This document shows positions 24,875 through 36,856 of a stretch of 64,000 nucleotides of DNA, piece after piece. How positions within the stretch are numbered: position 1 is the stretch's first letter; each line of letters opens with the position of its first letter. The translations under genes and the position numbers were made by a program. The DNA is from Leucoraja erinacea (taxonomy: Eukaryota), in assembly GCF_028641065.1 (NCBI RefSeq), contig NC_073392.1, positions 21,886,001-21,950,000 of the forward strand, read 5' to 3'. Below the pieces are notes generated by a model that made no database searches, was not told the origin of the DNA, and was given only the letters and a program-made list of their open reading frames with translations.

Positions 24875-25508
24875 CATAAAGTGATCTCTTCACGTGCATC
24901 TCTTCAAACCTCATCTACTGCATTTGTTGCTTCTGAAATGTCCTCCTTTACAGTGGCAAAACCAAACATAGACAAGGTGACTGTTTTGCTGAACACTTGC
25001 ACTCCGTCTGCCAAGGCCTGCTGGATCTCCTGGTTGCTAACTATTTTATTTCCGCTTCTCATTCCCATATCGACGTTTCAGTCATTGGCCTCCTCCATTG
25101 CCATAGGCATACTGGAGGAACAGCACCTCACATTCTGCTTGGGTAGCTTAGAACCTAACCAAATGAGCATTGAATTCTCCAATTTCAAGTAATATCCCCA
25201 CCCCAATCCCACCCTTACCTTGGTTTCCACTCATTTCTCCCACTATCTCTCAAATCCCCCCCATTCTCACGTTATTCCTTTCCCTTCCTTTATACGCTTA
25301 TCTTCAATCCCAAAGTTTCCCATCTTTTTTTTTATACTCTCTGTTCCCTTCCCCATCCCCTTCTACCCATATCATTCCCTCCACCTTTACATTTCACTCC
25401 TCCTCTTCTCTGCTTATCTGACACCCTTTGGTTTCCTTTTCACCTCCAGCCTTTGTCACTTACTCCACCCATCTGCCAATCATCCCCAACCCCATCCTTA
25501 CCTGTGTT
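24875..25508 (+). mobile_element. Penelope-like element, GIY-YIG region and 3' UTR; resumes at about 27400-27485 after a CR1/Tc1 insertion
   Basis: ttcacgtgcatctcttcaaacctcatctactgcatt (FTCISSNLIYCI) and ctggaggaacagcacctcacattc (LEEQHLTF); continues with tatcacttgccagg...gtctgaagagggg. Confidence 0.75.
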
Positions 25509-27400
25509 ATAGACAATAGACAGGTGCAGGAGTAGGCCATTCAGCCCATTGAGCCAGCACCAGCATTCAATGTGATCATGGTTGATCATCCCCAATCAGT
25601 ATCCCGTTCCTGCCTTCTCCCCATATCCCCTGACTCCGCTATCTTTAAGAGCCCTATCTAGCTCTCTCTTGAAAGTATCCAGAGAACAGGCCTCCACCGC
25701 CATCTGAGGCAGAGAATTCCACAGACTTGTAACTCTGTGTGAAAAAGTGTTTCGTCATCTCCGTTCTAAATGGCTTACCCCTTATTCTTAAACTGTGGTG
25801 TGTGTGGCCCCTGGATTTGGACTCCCCCAACATCGGGAACATGTTTCCTGCCTCTAGCTTGTCCAAACCCTTAATAATCTTATATGTTTCAATAAGATCC
25901 CCTCTCATCCTTCTAAATTCCAGAGTATACAAGCCCAGCTACTCCATTCTCTCCGTATAGGACAGTCCCGCCATCCCGGGAATTAACCTTGTAAACCCAC
26001 GCTGCAGTCCTTCAATAGCAAAAATGTCCTTCCCCATATTAGGGGACCAAAACTGCACACAATACTCCTGGTGTGGTCTCACTAGGGCCCTGTACAACTG
26101 CAGAAGGACATCTTTGCTCCTATACTCAACTCCTCTTGTTATGAAGGCGAACATGCCATTAGTTTTATTCACTGCCTGCTGTACCTGCTTGCTTACTTTC
26201 ATTGACTGATGAACAAGGACCCCCAGATCCCGTAGTACTTCCCCTTTTCCCAACTTGTCACCATTTAGATAATAATCTGCCTTCCTGTTTTTGCTACCAA
26301 AGTGGATAACCTCACATTTATCCATATTAAACTGCATCTGCCATGCCTCTGCGTACTCAGCCAATCTGGCAAGTGGCAAGAAGAAAGCCATTGTTGAAAA
26401 AAAGCCATAAGAAGTCCCGTTTGCAGTTTGCCACAAGCCATGTGGGGGACACAGCAATCATGTGGAGGAAGGTGCTCTGGTCAGATGAGACCAAAATTGA
26501 AGTTTTTGGCCTAAATGCAAAATGCTATGTGTGGCGGAAAACTAACACTGCACATCACCCTGAACACACCATCCCCACTGTGAAACATGGTGGTGGCAGC
26601 ATCATGCTGTGGGGATGCTTTTCTTCAGCAGGACAGGGAAGCTGGTCAGAGTTGATGGGAAGATGGATGGTGCCAAATACAGGGCAAATCTTGGAAGAAA
26701 ACCTGTTAGAGTCTGCAAAAGACTTGAGACTGGGGCGGAGGTTCACCTTCCAGCAGGACAACGACCCTAAACATACAGCCAGAGCTACAATGGAATGGTT
26801 TAGATCAAAGCATATTCATGTGTTAGAATGGCTCAGTCAAAGTCCAGACCTAAATCCAATTGAGAATCTCTGGCAAGACTTGAAAATTGCTGTTCACAGA
26901 TGCTCTCCATCCAATCTGACTGAGCTTGAGCTATTTTGCAATGAAGAATGGGCAAAAATTTCAGTCTCTAGGTGTGCAAAGCTTCTATAGACATACCCCA
27001 AAAGACTTGCAGCTGTAACTGCAGCGAAAGGAGGTTCTACAAATTATTGACTCGGGGGGGCTGAATACTTTTGCACGCCACACTTTTCAGTTTTTTATTT
27101 GTAAAAAAATTTGAAAACCATGTATCATTTTCCTTCCACTTCACAATTATGCACCACTTTGTGTTGGTCTATCACATAAAATCCCAATAAAATACATTTA
27201 CGTTTGTGGTTGTAATGTGACAAAATGTGGAAAAGTTCAAGGGGTATGAATGCTTTTGCAAGCCACTGTATATTGTAAATAGCTGCGATCCCAGGACCAA
27301 GCCTCGCGGTACCCCACTAGTCACTGCGGTCCCAGCACCGAACCTTTGCGTACCCCACTAGTCACTGCGGTCCCAGCACCGAGCCTTGCGGTACCCCACT
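25509..27400 (-). mobile_element. CR1 LINE interrupted by Tc1 (26368-27268)
   Basis: CR1 tail at 25509; ORF 25939-26457; CR1 sequence resumes at 27269 (tatattgtaaatagctgc...). Confidence 0.88.
26368..27268 (+). mobile_element. Tc1 transposon, 5'-deleted, with DD34E catalytic domain and right TIR
   Basis: VLWSDETK, KHGGGSIMLWGCF, FQQDNDPKH + 34 aa + SPDLNPIENLW; ends ...gcaagccactg|TA; compensating frameshifts mid-ORF. Confidence 0.93.
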
Positions 27401-27485
27401 ATCAACTATCACTTGCCAGGCTTTGACCCATCGCCACCTCTGATTTTCAGCTTTTTCTCCTTTAGTCCAATTAGTCTGAAGAGGG

Positions 27486-28330
27486 GTAGACACAGAATGC
27501 TGGACTAACTCAGTGGATCAGGCAACATTTCTAGAGAACATGGATAGGTGACTTTTCGGGTCGGGACCATTCCTCAGACTGATTGTAATGGTTGGGGGAG
27601 GGGAGAAACATGGAAGTGAGACAAAAACAGCACAATTTAGTGCCGGCAAGGAGGTTTCCTGATAAGCGAATTGTTAGCCACAGATGATGTGAGCCAAACT
27701 GAATTTCATTAACCTCGCCACTACCTTCCATCCTGCCCTCAAATTTGCCTGGACTATTTCTAACACCTCTCTCCCCTTTCTCTATCCACCTCCATTAAAG
27801 GAGACAGGCTATCGAATGACGTCTACTACAAACCTATCTGCTCCCACAGGTATTATGTCTACACATTCTCCGACCCTGCTCTTGCGAAGGCACTATCCGC
27901 TACTCTCAATTCCTCCGTCTCTGCCACAACTGCTTCCAAGATGAGGCTTTCCATGTGAGATGTCCTCATTCTTTAGTGAACATGGTTAGCGCTCAGCTGC
28001 CATAGGTGGATCTCTCATTCGTGTCTCTTCTGTGTCCCGGAGTTCTGCTCTTGCTCCCTCTCTCCACAGATGCAACAAGGACAGGGTTCCCCTGGTACAC
28101 GCCTTTCACCCCACCAGCCTCCGCATCCAACAGATCATTCTCTGACATTTCCATCATGATCCCACCATCACATCTTCCCATCTCCACCCCTTTCCACTTT
28201 CCGCAGAGACTGACCCCTCTGCAACTCTTTGGTTCATCCCTTCCCACCCAAATCATCCCCTCCACAGGTACTCTCACCGCAGGAGTTGCAACATCTGTCC
28301 TTAAACCTCCTCCCTCGACTCCATCTACAC
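27486..28330. mobile_element. Penelope-like fragments: inverted terminal repeat (27486-27680, -) and RT C-terminal region (about 27690-28330, +)
   Basis: ttccatcctgccctcaaattt (FHPALKF), gacgtctactacaaacct (DVYYKP), tctcaattcctccgtctc (SQFLRL). Confidence 0.7.
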
Positions 28331-28567
28331 TAGCAATTTTTTAAACCCACTGACACCCAAGTACATCAGAGCTCTCATGTGGTCTCTGCGTCTGCGCTTC
28401 CATCTGGTCTTGTGGGCAATCGTAATTCCATTTCTGGGGAACATCTGTACAGTATCCAATGGGCACTAATATTGTGGCTCTGAGACTTGTTTCAATGAAA
28501 AGTAGAAGGTGCACCAGCACAGGAACTAATATAAAACTAGAAAGCAGCAACAATATTTCAACAGTAC

Positions 28568-28739
28568 CATTCTGTGTTAGTTTAGTAGATGAGAGTAGGG
28601 TTGAGATCCAGAAGAATTCTTTTGCACTTCGTTGGAATATATGACTGGATGGAATGTTGGGACAGCCATTAAAGTCTTCTTTACAGCAGGGGAGACCCAG
28701 GTACAGCCCATGGTTACTGAAAGTGCTGTTTTCATCACA
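28568..28739 (-). CDS. DOCK3: DOCK3 exon CDENSTFSNHGLYLGLPCCKEDFNGCPNIPSSHIFQRSAKEFFWISTLLSSTKLTQN
   Basis: 172 nt, cag|TGT...AATG|gtactg, phase 0 to 1; the STKLTQN motif ends DHR-1. Confidence 0.96.
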
Positions 28740-28999
28740 CTGTAAATTAAATTTCAGATTAATTAATCCTGTATATTCTTTGCCCTTCTCACCAAGCAGC
28801 AAAGGGCAAGAATTAAAGTGATTACTTTTTAAATAAAATGCATCATATTGATTGGCTGTGTATACAAATAGAACTAAGTCTAGAACACAATTGTGATGTC
28901 TAACTGCTAGTGGGTGCAACCTGATTTGTCTTTATTATCCAAGCTCAACAGAGAGACTGCCAAAAAATGACAAAGTGTTGGGCTTTTGCTCCAGGGGGT

Positions 29000-29680
29000 T
29001 CAAGAACAATGATGCATTGCTCTTAATTTTCTAAAATTTTCCAGATTCCAGGTTCACAGAAAGTTCCACTATATTAGTAAATGGCAAATTGTAAATATTT
29101 TATTCAAGAAAGTAACACAACTATAGGCCAGTTAGCCTACTATTTGTTGAGGGATAAATTAAAAGCCATTATGAAATAAGTTAAAGCAGAACACTTAGAA
29201 AAAAATCAAGGTAATCAGGCAAATTCTGCATTGGTCTGTGAAGGGGAAAACATGTTTGACCAATGTAGTGGATTTGCCTTAAGTAAAATAATAAATGTAT
29301 ATACTATGCATAAATCACCAAGAATTTAGTAAGGTACTCATCAAAAGCTATTGCAGAAAATAAAAGGTGATGGTGCAGAAAGTAATATGTTTGTATGGCA
29401 GAAGATTAACTGACTAACAGAAAGCAGTGGCATACATGGGTCAAGGAGAGATGTAATCCCAAAATTTGATTCAACCTATGAAAGAAAGAAAACAGGAAGC
29501 AGCCTTTCATACAAAGTTAGTTCAAATCTGTTATTCCATTTACCAAAAGGCTGTGGATATATAATCAATTGCAGCTTTCAAGCCTGACTGACAGATTTGT
29601 GTTATGTGCAAATATTTCAGAAAAAGGGCAAAAAAGCAGGTAAATGAAATTGTGGTTTAGAATTTCCTTGAATGGTGCAC
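29000..29680 (+). mobile_element. Highly decayed CR1
   Basis: Residual aactataggccagttagcct (NYRPVSL) and ggggaaaacatgtttgaccaat (GKTCLTN). Confidence 0.6.
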
Positions 29681-30142
29681 TGGTGGTGTACTCTTGTTTC
29701 TAAATTTTGATGTGTTGCTCCAATTAGATTCCAATTGCTAGTTTTCCTAAAACTGAGAGTTCATAATTTCCATTCTCTGAATTATCTCCATTGAGAAACA
29801 GTCAATACTTTTGCTGGGAAAAAAATCTTTTTTTTTATCACAATTGTTATAGGATATAACTATTGAGCCAATTGAGTGACACACACTCTTCACAAGTGAC
29901 TGAGTGTGTTCATTCAAGGGTAACAGTTGCATCACCTCCTCTATATACTGTATATGTGCTTTCTTCAAGTGTAGCATTGTGCTATAACCTGAATTATAGT
30001 CCTATACTCAATGGGTACCATGAGTAGAACATGTACCATGAGTTAGAGTATCAGTAGCGTGGCTTTACAAGTAAAATTATGCCATTTACAAATGTAGCTG
30101 TTCCATTTTGTCTTTCAGCCAAGGTGCTGTTACATTTCCCCA

Positions 30143-30306
30143 GTAGACAAAATTGCTGGGGAAACTCAGCGGGTGAGGCAGCATCTATGGAGCAAAGGAA
30201 TAGGTGACGTTTCGGGTCGAGCCCTTCTTCAGATGCTGCCTCCAGCAGTTTCTCCAGCATTTTTGTCTACCTTCGATTTTTCCAACATCTGCAGTTCTTT
30301 CTTAAA
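30143..30306. mobile_element. 164-bp Penelope terminal-repeat insert made of two inverted halves, with 15-bp TSD
   Basis: TSD tgttacatttcccca at 30128-30142 and 30307-30321. Confidence 0.8.
30203..30233 (-). ncRNA. Minimal hammerhead-ribozyme-like core (Penelope type)
   Basis: Minus strand: t-CTGAAGA-a-GGG-ctcga-CCC-GAAAC-GTC-acc, i.e. CUGANGA, stem II, GAAA, palindromic ACGT stem III and a GUC site. Confidence 0.55.
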
Positions 30307-31295
30307 TGTTACATTTCCCCAACTCCTTTGTGGCTGCAAAATTCAACTTCTATATAATGATTTTAGCCCATATGATGTGAATTGCTAATATTTGGAAGAC
30401 ATTACCTGAACACAGTGTGAAAACATATTTAATTCTAACTATCCAAAGAAAATGGGATACTTTGAATGAAGAATCATCAAGCTACAAGGTAAACATTGGC
30501 TAAGAGGATATTGCTTTCTGTTTTGTCACATGTATAAAGGGCTAAAAGAAGATACTCAATCTCTAAGTATTGAGAGACAAATCTGCTATCAATATTGTTG
30601 ATAAAATATTGCTATCACTGACAGTAGAAGTAATATACAATGAACAATCTTGAATCTCCCAATACTGCAGAGCAGAGCAGTTCTGCCCCAGAGCAGTAAA
30701 TTCTCAGGGTCAACTAATATGTATTTTCTTCCTTCAATTCCCCGTTTATATTTATGGCAAATCATTTTGCATCAATTATAGTAAATACGTTAGGGCATTC
30801 AACAGTGTACTAATCTGATTATTTCAGAATTGCTTTTCGCTAACTTGATTTTGAATAATATCTGATCACATAAATTAATGCTGGCAGGGACTGTAATAAT
30901 CCACAGGCAACAACTGTAAGCTGTAAACTGTCACTTAAAGACAGGGTTCATAAGACTGTCAGAGGATGTCAAAATGTGTTCTATTTAACATGAAAGACAG
31001 TATATATTGTATTTTAAAGTATTTTTTACTGGGAGTATGGGAAGAATCCAGTAGAGCTACTTCAACATTTCCACAGGATAATTACAACAGAAATCAAGAT
31101 AAATTTCACAGATGACATTTTCATAATCACAGTCAGATATATTTAATTGTGATGTGCATCCGTGTATTGGACAGGGGTGGGAAGGCTAGAAAGGGAGCAT
31201 TTTACTGACACAAATGAGGCAAGGGTGTTCAAGTTCATAAGAGAAGTTAACATCTCGATGATTATTGAAGCTTTTCAAGTTTATTTGTTGGCTGA

Positions 31296-31568
31296 ACTTT
31301 ACGCTAGACTTTAGAGAATTAGCGTGGAAAAAGGTCCTTCGGCCCACCAAGTCTGTGCTGACTAGCGATCACCTCGTACACTAGCACGATCCGACACACT
31401 AGAGACAATTTACAATTTACAGATGCCAATTAACCTACAAACTTGTATATCTTTGGAGTTTGGGAGGAACCCAGAGCATCAGGAGAAAACCCATGCGGCC
31501 ACAGGGATAATGTACAAACTCTGTACAGTCAGCATCCATAGTCAGGACTGCTGAACTACTGTGTCACC
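31296..31568 (-). mobile_element. HE1-like V-SINE
   Basis: aattaacctacaaac...tctttggagt...ggaggaac...gaaaacccatgcggccacaggga. Confidence 0.8.
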
Positions 31569-31890
31569 CTAGCTTTGATTCCAGAATGTCATTGGAGAAG
31601 AGTTTTGGAAGTCCAGAAAGAAAATCACAGAATAAGTAAGTAAACTGTGATTTATGAACATTCAGAATCTATTGGCTACCCAGCATATAATTGAAATGTG
31701 TAAACTTCTAAATGCGGAGAATTGTGCTTGGCATTAATAGCACATTTCTGGGAGTATGCATTAGATTCAGATTCTGGTCAGTGATTTTTGGAAGGGCCAT
31801 TGCAAGGGACTGAATTTGGATGGTTGTTGTCAGGATACCACATACATGCAACGTCATTTCTAGGAGATGAACAAATGAGTAGTCCGTTAC

Positions 31891-31997
31891 CTTGTAAACA
31901 TACAGCTCATGAATGTCATCCGAAAGAGTTGTACCATCGTCTCGCATTAGTGGTGTAAATGCAAATCCGAATAATTTTTTTTCACCTTTGTCTTTTG
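31891..31997 (-). CDS. DOCK3: DOCK3 exon (T)KDKGEKKLFGFAFTPLMRDDGTTLSDDIHELYVYK
   Basis: 107 nt, tag|CA...AAG|gtaacg, phase 1 to 0; lies within ORF 31708-32043. Confidence 0.96.
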
Positions 31998-32894
31998 CTA
32001 AATATTGGACAATAAAATTAAAATTACAGACAAGGAGCAACATCTCAAATTATATTTATTACAAAAATGGTGAGCCACACATTTTTACCCGACTCTGTAA
32101 ACTTTGTGATAGAATGAACATAGTCATCTAGCACATCTTTCTCATGATGGGTGAAAATTGATCCTTAGGTTTCTGAGGAATGAGATTCCTCATTATTCTT
32201 CTGCAGTGAAAATGCATGACACTTGTTAAAAAAAAAAAGTGTTCTGCTATTGCACCTTTTAATTTAATTTCATTTGGCATTTGTTTTTTATACTGATTTA
32301 CATCCAGAATTCAGTCAGTTGATCTTTTTCCACATGCTTATGGCAAAATACTCTCAATGCATTTTCCATACAGCAGCACAGAGCCAAAAAGTATTTTGAA
32401 ATATATAATAGGGATACATGGTGAACATTAGTATATGAAGTTGCAACCAGATATTTGTGCAGATGAAGCCGTACATTAAATGAGGTTGTGGAAAGGCAAG
32501 CCCAGGTGACTTGATGTTAGAATGAATGTCGCCAAAGGAAAAATACAAAAGATCGAATTTTACGTGATTTGGGTAGTTTATATTTCTGAAGGAAAATAAC
32601 TCATGGCACTAGTTCATTCTTCACGAACACTTCAATATGACTTGCTCCATCTTGACGATCAAAGCCATGGGAGAATTACACATCAACATATTTGCAGTTT
32701 CTTTGTATAAAGAAAGGTTAGGAAGCGGTTAATATTAAATATATAGCTGTTACTTGTGTAGAAGCAAGAAAGGATGTCACAATAAAAAGAGTGGATGGAG
32801 AAAAATTAATTGTACTTATTTAATATAATTGTACTTCATCTGACATTGTATGTAGAAAGAATAAAAGTATTGTATAGGATGCACCATAGGATGC

Positions 32895-32960
32895 CCGTGC
32901 GCCTCAACGCAACCACGAGGTCGCGCAATTTGCGTGCCAAGTAAGTGGGACAGGCGCTTA
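32895..32960. mobile_element. Single end of a Harbinger MITE
   Basis: taagtgggacaggcgcttaa resembles the TIR at 56561-56577. Confidence 0.5.
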
Positions 32961-33169
32961 AGTTTACACACAAAGAGAAGAACTATAATCTAAATACTGA
33001 GGTAGTTAAGTCAATTCTTATATCTGTAGACAATAAGAAAATCTGTAAGGCAGGACAAACAAGAATCTTAAAGGATAAACTATATTTTGAGTAACAACTG
33101 TCCATTTGTGAAGGTTTAACGGGTTTTAATGAAGGATGTAACCTAGTGCGCTTTTCTCCATCAATTTTT

Positions 33170-33570
33170 GAAAGGTATAGAGAAGGTCATAATTGTTTTA
33201 AATTAGAGTATAGAGAAGGTCAGAGTCTTTTTTCACAGGATAGAAATGTTGAAATGTCAAATAATAGGAGGCATAGCTTTAAGATGAGAGGGGGAAAATT
33301 TAAAGGAGAAGTACAAGGAAAGATTTTCTTTACACAGTGGTGGGTGCTTGGAATGTGCTGCTGGGGGTAGGGGGGAGGGGGGGAACAAGGTGGTGGTGAA
33401 AGCAGGTGCAATGGTGGTGTTTAAAAGATATTTTGACAGGAAAATTAGCTTATAAAAATGGAGGGATATAAATCATGTGCTATGAAAGAGGTTAGTTTCC
33501 TTTGGCTTAATGGTCAACATAGACATGGTGGGCTGAAGGGCCTGTTCCTGTGCTACTTTTCTATGTTCTA
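33170..33570 (+). mobile_element. CR1 3' fragment
   Basis: RRHSFKMRGGKFKG...FFTQ; tail gggctgaagggcctgttcctgtgct. Confidence 0.75.
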
Positions 33571-33711
33571 AAAAGATAGAGATGGACCAATAATAAAGGG
33601 CTTAATGTGCGGGGAGACCATTTTCATTAACATAATGGAGAATTTGACAAAGATAGATTGAGAGCATTGAATTGCAGGTACTGTAGGTCTACATCTGCAG
33701 AGTAAGAAGTA

Positions 33712-34619
33712 CAGTAAACTCTCGTTAAAACAGACCATTGGGGAGGGGGGAGGTATCCATTATTGTCGATTGATCACTATAACACTATAAGTACGGTATT
33801 ATCATTGTATGTATTAGAAATAAAGAACTGCCGATGCTGGTTAATACACAAAAGGACACAAAAGTGTTGGAGTAACCCAGCAGGTCAGGCAGCTTCTCTG
33901 GAGAACATGAACAGGTGACATTTCGGATCAGGACTCTTTTTCAGACTAATTCAGTCTGCTAAGTTACTCCAGCACTTTGTATCATTTCACCTTAAAACTC
34001 GGTGCAATGTCACTAGTCTGCACCAACAAGCCTTTCTTATCCAGCTGCCACATGCGATCCAGTTGACGCTCACCTTTTGTGGCTCACATTGTAGCCCGTG
34101 GGGACAGCGCTTTTTTCCAGCCGCCGCCAATGACAGAACAAGCCCTTTCTACATTGGGGCTCCCTCCCCTTTCAGCAGCTGTTGCAGGGGCCATCACATT
34201 GCCAGCTCCCCGCTCCTCCACCACCTCCTCCTCCTTCTCCTTCTCCTGCCGTTTTGTCCACTCTGGCACTCTCCCCTCTACTGCCATCTCCTTTCCTCCT
34301 ACTCCCCCACAGTCGCCAACATCTTTCAAGGAGGAGGCGGTGATGGAGGGGGGGGGGGGGGGGGGGGGGGGTTGGGAGTGGACAAAATGACGGGCAACAG
34401 GAAGAAGTGGCAGATTGTGAGAGGGGAGGGAGCTACACATTACCAAGCACATCCTGTCGGTGGCAGCAGCCCGAAGAAAGCACTGTCCCCAGGGGCTACT
34501 ACATGAGCCGCAACAGTAGCTCATTAATGCACCTTCCAAGTTGGGGGTGGCATTGGTAGCCAGCGTGGGTAAGTCCGTCTGCTATAACCGAAATAGGGGT
34601 GTCTGTTAAGGGTTTATTG
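33712..34619. mobile_element. Tc1/pogo-type MITE with degenerate TIRs and TA TSD, containing a Penelope-repeat insert (about 33815-33985)
   Basis: TA|cagtaaactctcgttaaaacagac ... gtctgttaagggtttattg|TA; internal inverted repeat at about 34080-34137 / 34453-34513. Confidence 0.55.
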
Positions 34620-35356
34620 TATTCAAAAGAGAAATAGTAAGAGTTCAAGGCTATCATGTTCCTGTTAGGTAAAAGCCAGGGTAAATAATATAGGGAATCC
34701 TAGATATTGAGGGATATTCAGGGTTGGATAAAGAAAATAAAGAAAAATGTGTCAAGTATTGGGAACTAATGACAGTATCAATATTATACAAAGTGTGAGA
34801 AGTGCTTAAAAAAGGAATTAGGAGGGATAAGATGTCATGAAAAATATATGGTAGGCAGTATTTTGGCGAATCCGAAGGCATTCTACAAGTACTATATATT
34901 GTGGTAATAGATTAAAACCATTAAGGGCAACAGGTGTAAGTGTGGCCAAGTCGCATCTGTAAAGGAAAGGAATTGATGACATTTTGGGATTGAGACCCAG
35001 TATCAGGACTGAGAGTGGACTGAGAGGATAGACATCAGAGAGGAAGTGGTGAGTTACTGGGCAGTAGGTGATGGGTGGACTGAAGAGGGATGGAGGACAA
35101 ATGGACCAGGTTGGGGAGGATGGATGGAGTTGGGAGACAGAGGCGAATGAGTGAAAGGTGGAAAAAGACAAAGAAGCAAAAGCAGAGCTTTGGGCATTAA
35201 GGCTTTTGCAATTTATAAAGCTGGCTGTTCAATAACAAAGGAACAAACAACTTGTTCCTTTTAAATGTTTGTTGATTCAGCACTTTTGACTGACAACAAA
35301 TCTGTAATCTTTTCAACATTTTTATCAGTTTAAAACAATGACATGCGTGTACTTAC

Positions 35357-35519
35357 TTGAGCAGTGTCTGAACTCAAATCGAAGGTGAGACCCCCTGAAT
35401 TTGTCAACCGGAATGGGCAGTTTGATTATCTCACCCCATCGTGGACTGTTGTTGTGGTACATCACAAAGGAGCAATGTTCAGTTACGGACGGCTCTCCAG
35501 ATCCAAGACTGATACAGTC
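35357..35519 (-). CDS. DOCK3: DOCK3 exon DCISLGSGEPSVTEHCSFVMYHNNSPRWGEIIKLPIPVDKFRGSHLRFEFRHCS (DHR-1)
   Basis: 163 nt, tag|GAC...TCAA|gtaagt, phase 0 to 1; contains the DOCK-family HLRFEFRHCS motif. Not in the ORF track; translated by hand. Confidence 0.95.
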
Positions 35520-35929
35520 CTATCAATAAGAAAATTACATTCTTAAAACTCCACAGTAACTTGAATAATTCTTGACAATTTATTTTTTAAGAAAGTACAA
35601 ATGTAAAGTAACCCTGCAGAGCCTAGTCAAATCATTGCAGGTGTCACAGTATTGATTGACCCTAATATTATGTGGCCTCGTTTAATGTGCAGATTATTTA
35701 CAGTTGAGATTATTTTTTGTCTATTGTAAACCACTCAAACTACTTGAAACGTACTCCCAGAAGAACATTTCATACCGCAGTTTCCAAATAATTCATCATC
35801 ACAACCTGAGCCTAAACATCCACCAGTAATAATTTGTGTGCAGTAGAACAAAAAGTGCACTGAACCTGCGTCAACTTATAATACAGGGCCTTGTACAGCA
35901 GAGATGAGACTTTCATCCTAGCACTCTGG

Positions 35930-36545
35930 ATGTATTTGATCCGAAGTGTCAGGACAGGACCTTCACAGTGAATGCTAGGGTCCTGGGGAGTGTTGGAGAG
36001 CTGTGCGATCTAGGAGTAAAGGTATGTAGTTCCTTCAAAGTGGCCTCACAGGTAGGTAGGGTGGTCAAGAAGGCCTTTGATACATTGGCCTTCATACCAG
36101 GGTATTGAGCATAAAAGTTGGGATGTTATGATGTGGTTGTACTTAACACTGGTGAGGCCACACTTGGGAGTACCATGCTCAGTTTTGTTCATCTTGCTAT
36201 TGAAAGGATATCATTAAGCTGGAAAGCATTCTGAGAAGATGTACGAGGATGTTGCCAGGACTTGAGCGGCTAAATCATATGGAGAGGTTGGGCAGGCTAG
36301 ATTTTATTCCTTGGAGCTCAGGAGGCTGAGGGGTGAACTCAAAGACGTGTATAAAATCATGAGGCGATTAGAAAGGGTGAATGCAAATATATTTTACCCA
36401 AGGTAGGGGAATCAGAAACAAGAGGACATGTGTTTATGGTAAGATGGATAAGATATAATAAGAACCTAAGCGTAACTTTTTCATTCAGAGGGTAGTGGGT
36501 ATATGGAATAAGCTACCGGGGCCTGTTTCCATGCTATATGATATA
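35930..36545 (+). mobile_element. CR1 3' fragment
   Basis: ctggtgaggccacacttgg and aggaggctgaggggtga motifs; tail gggcctgtttccatgct. Confidence 0.8.
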
Positions 36546-36856
36546 TATCTCTCTGACTATGCTAATTCAGTATGTGTAAATTCTATTTGAAAGAAAACCT
36601 GCTAAAGATGATTGGGAAATCTGGTGTCAGAAAATAAAAATGTGGGAGAAACAAATTTTAGTCTACGTAAATGCTGTTACCATGGCAGTGATGTACATAG
36701 TCTTGCATGCAAATGCCATCTGAACACATACACCAATGTATCCCAACCAAAGTTACAAAGTACATTTTCAGTAATTATAATGCATTATACTACACTGAAG
36801 CATTTGACTTAAAGTTTCACAGTTTTCTCTTCCAACAGTTTTGCCATCTAAGTGTT

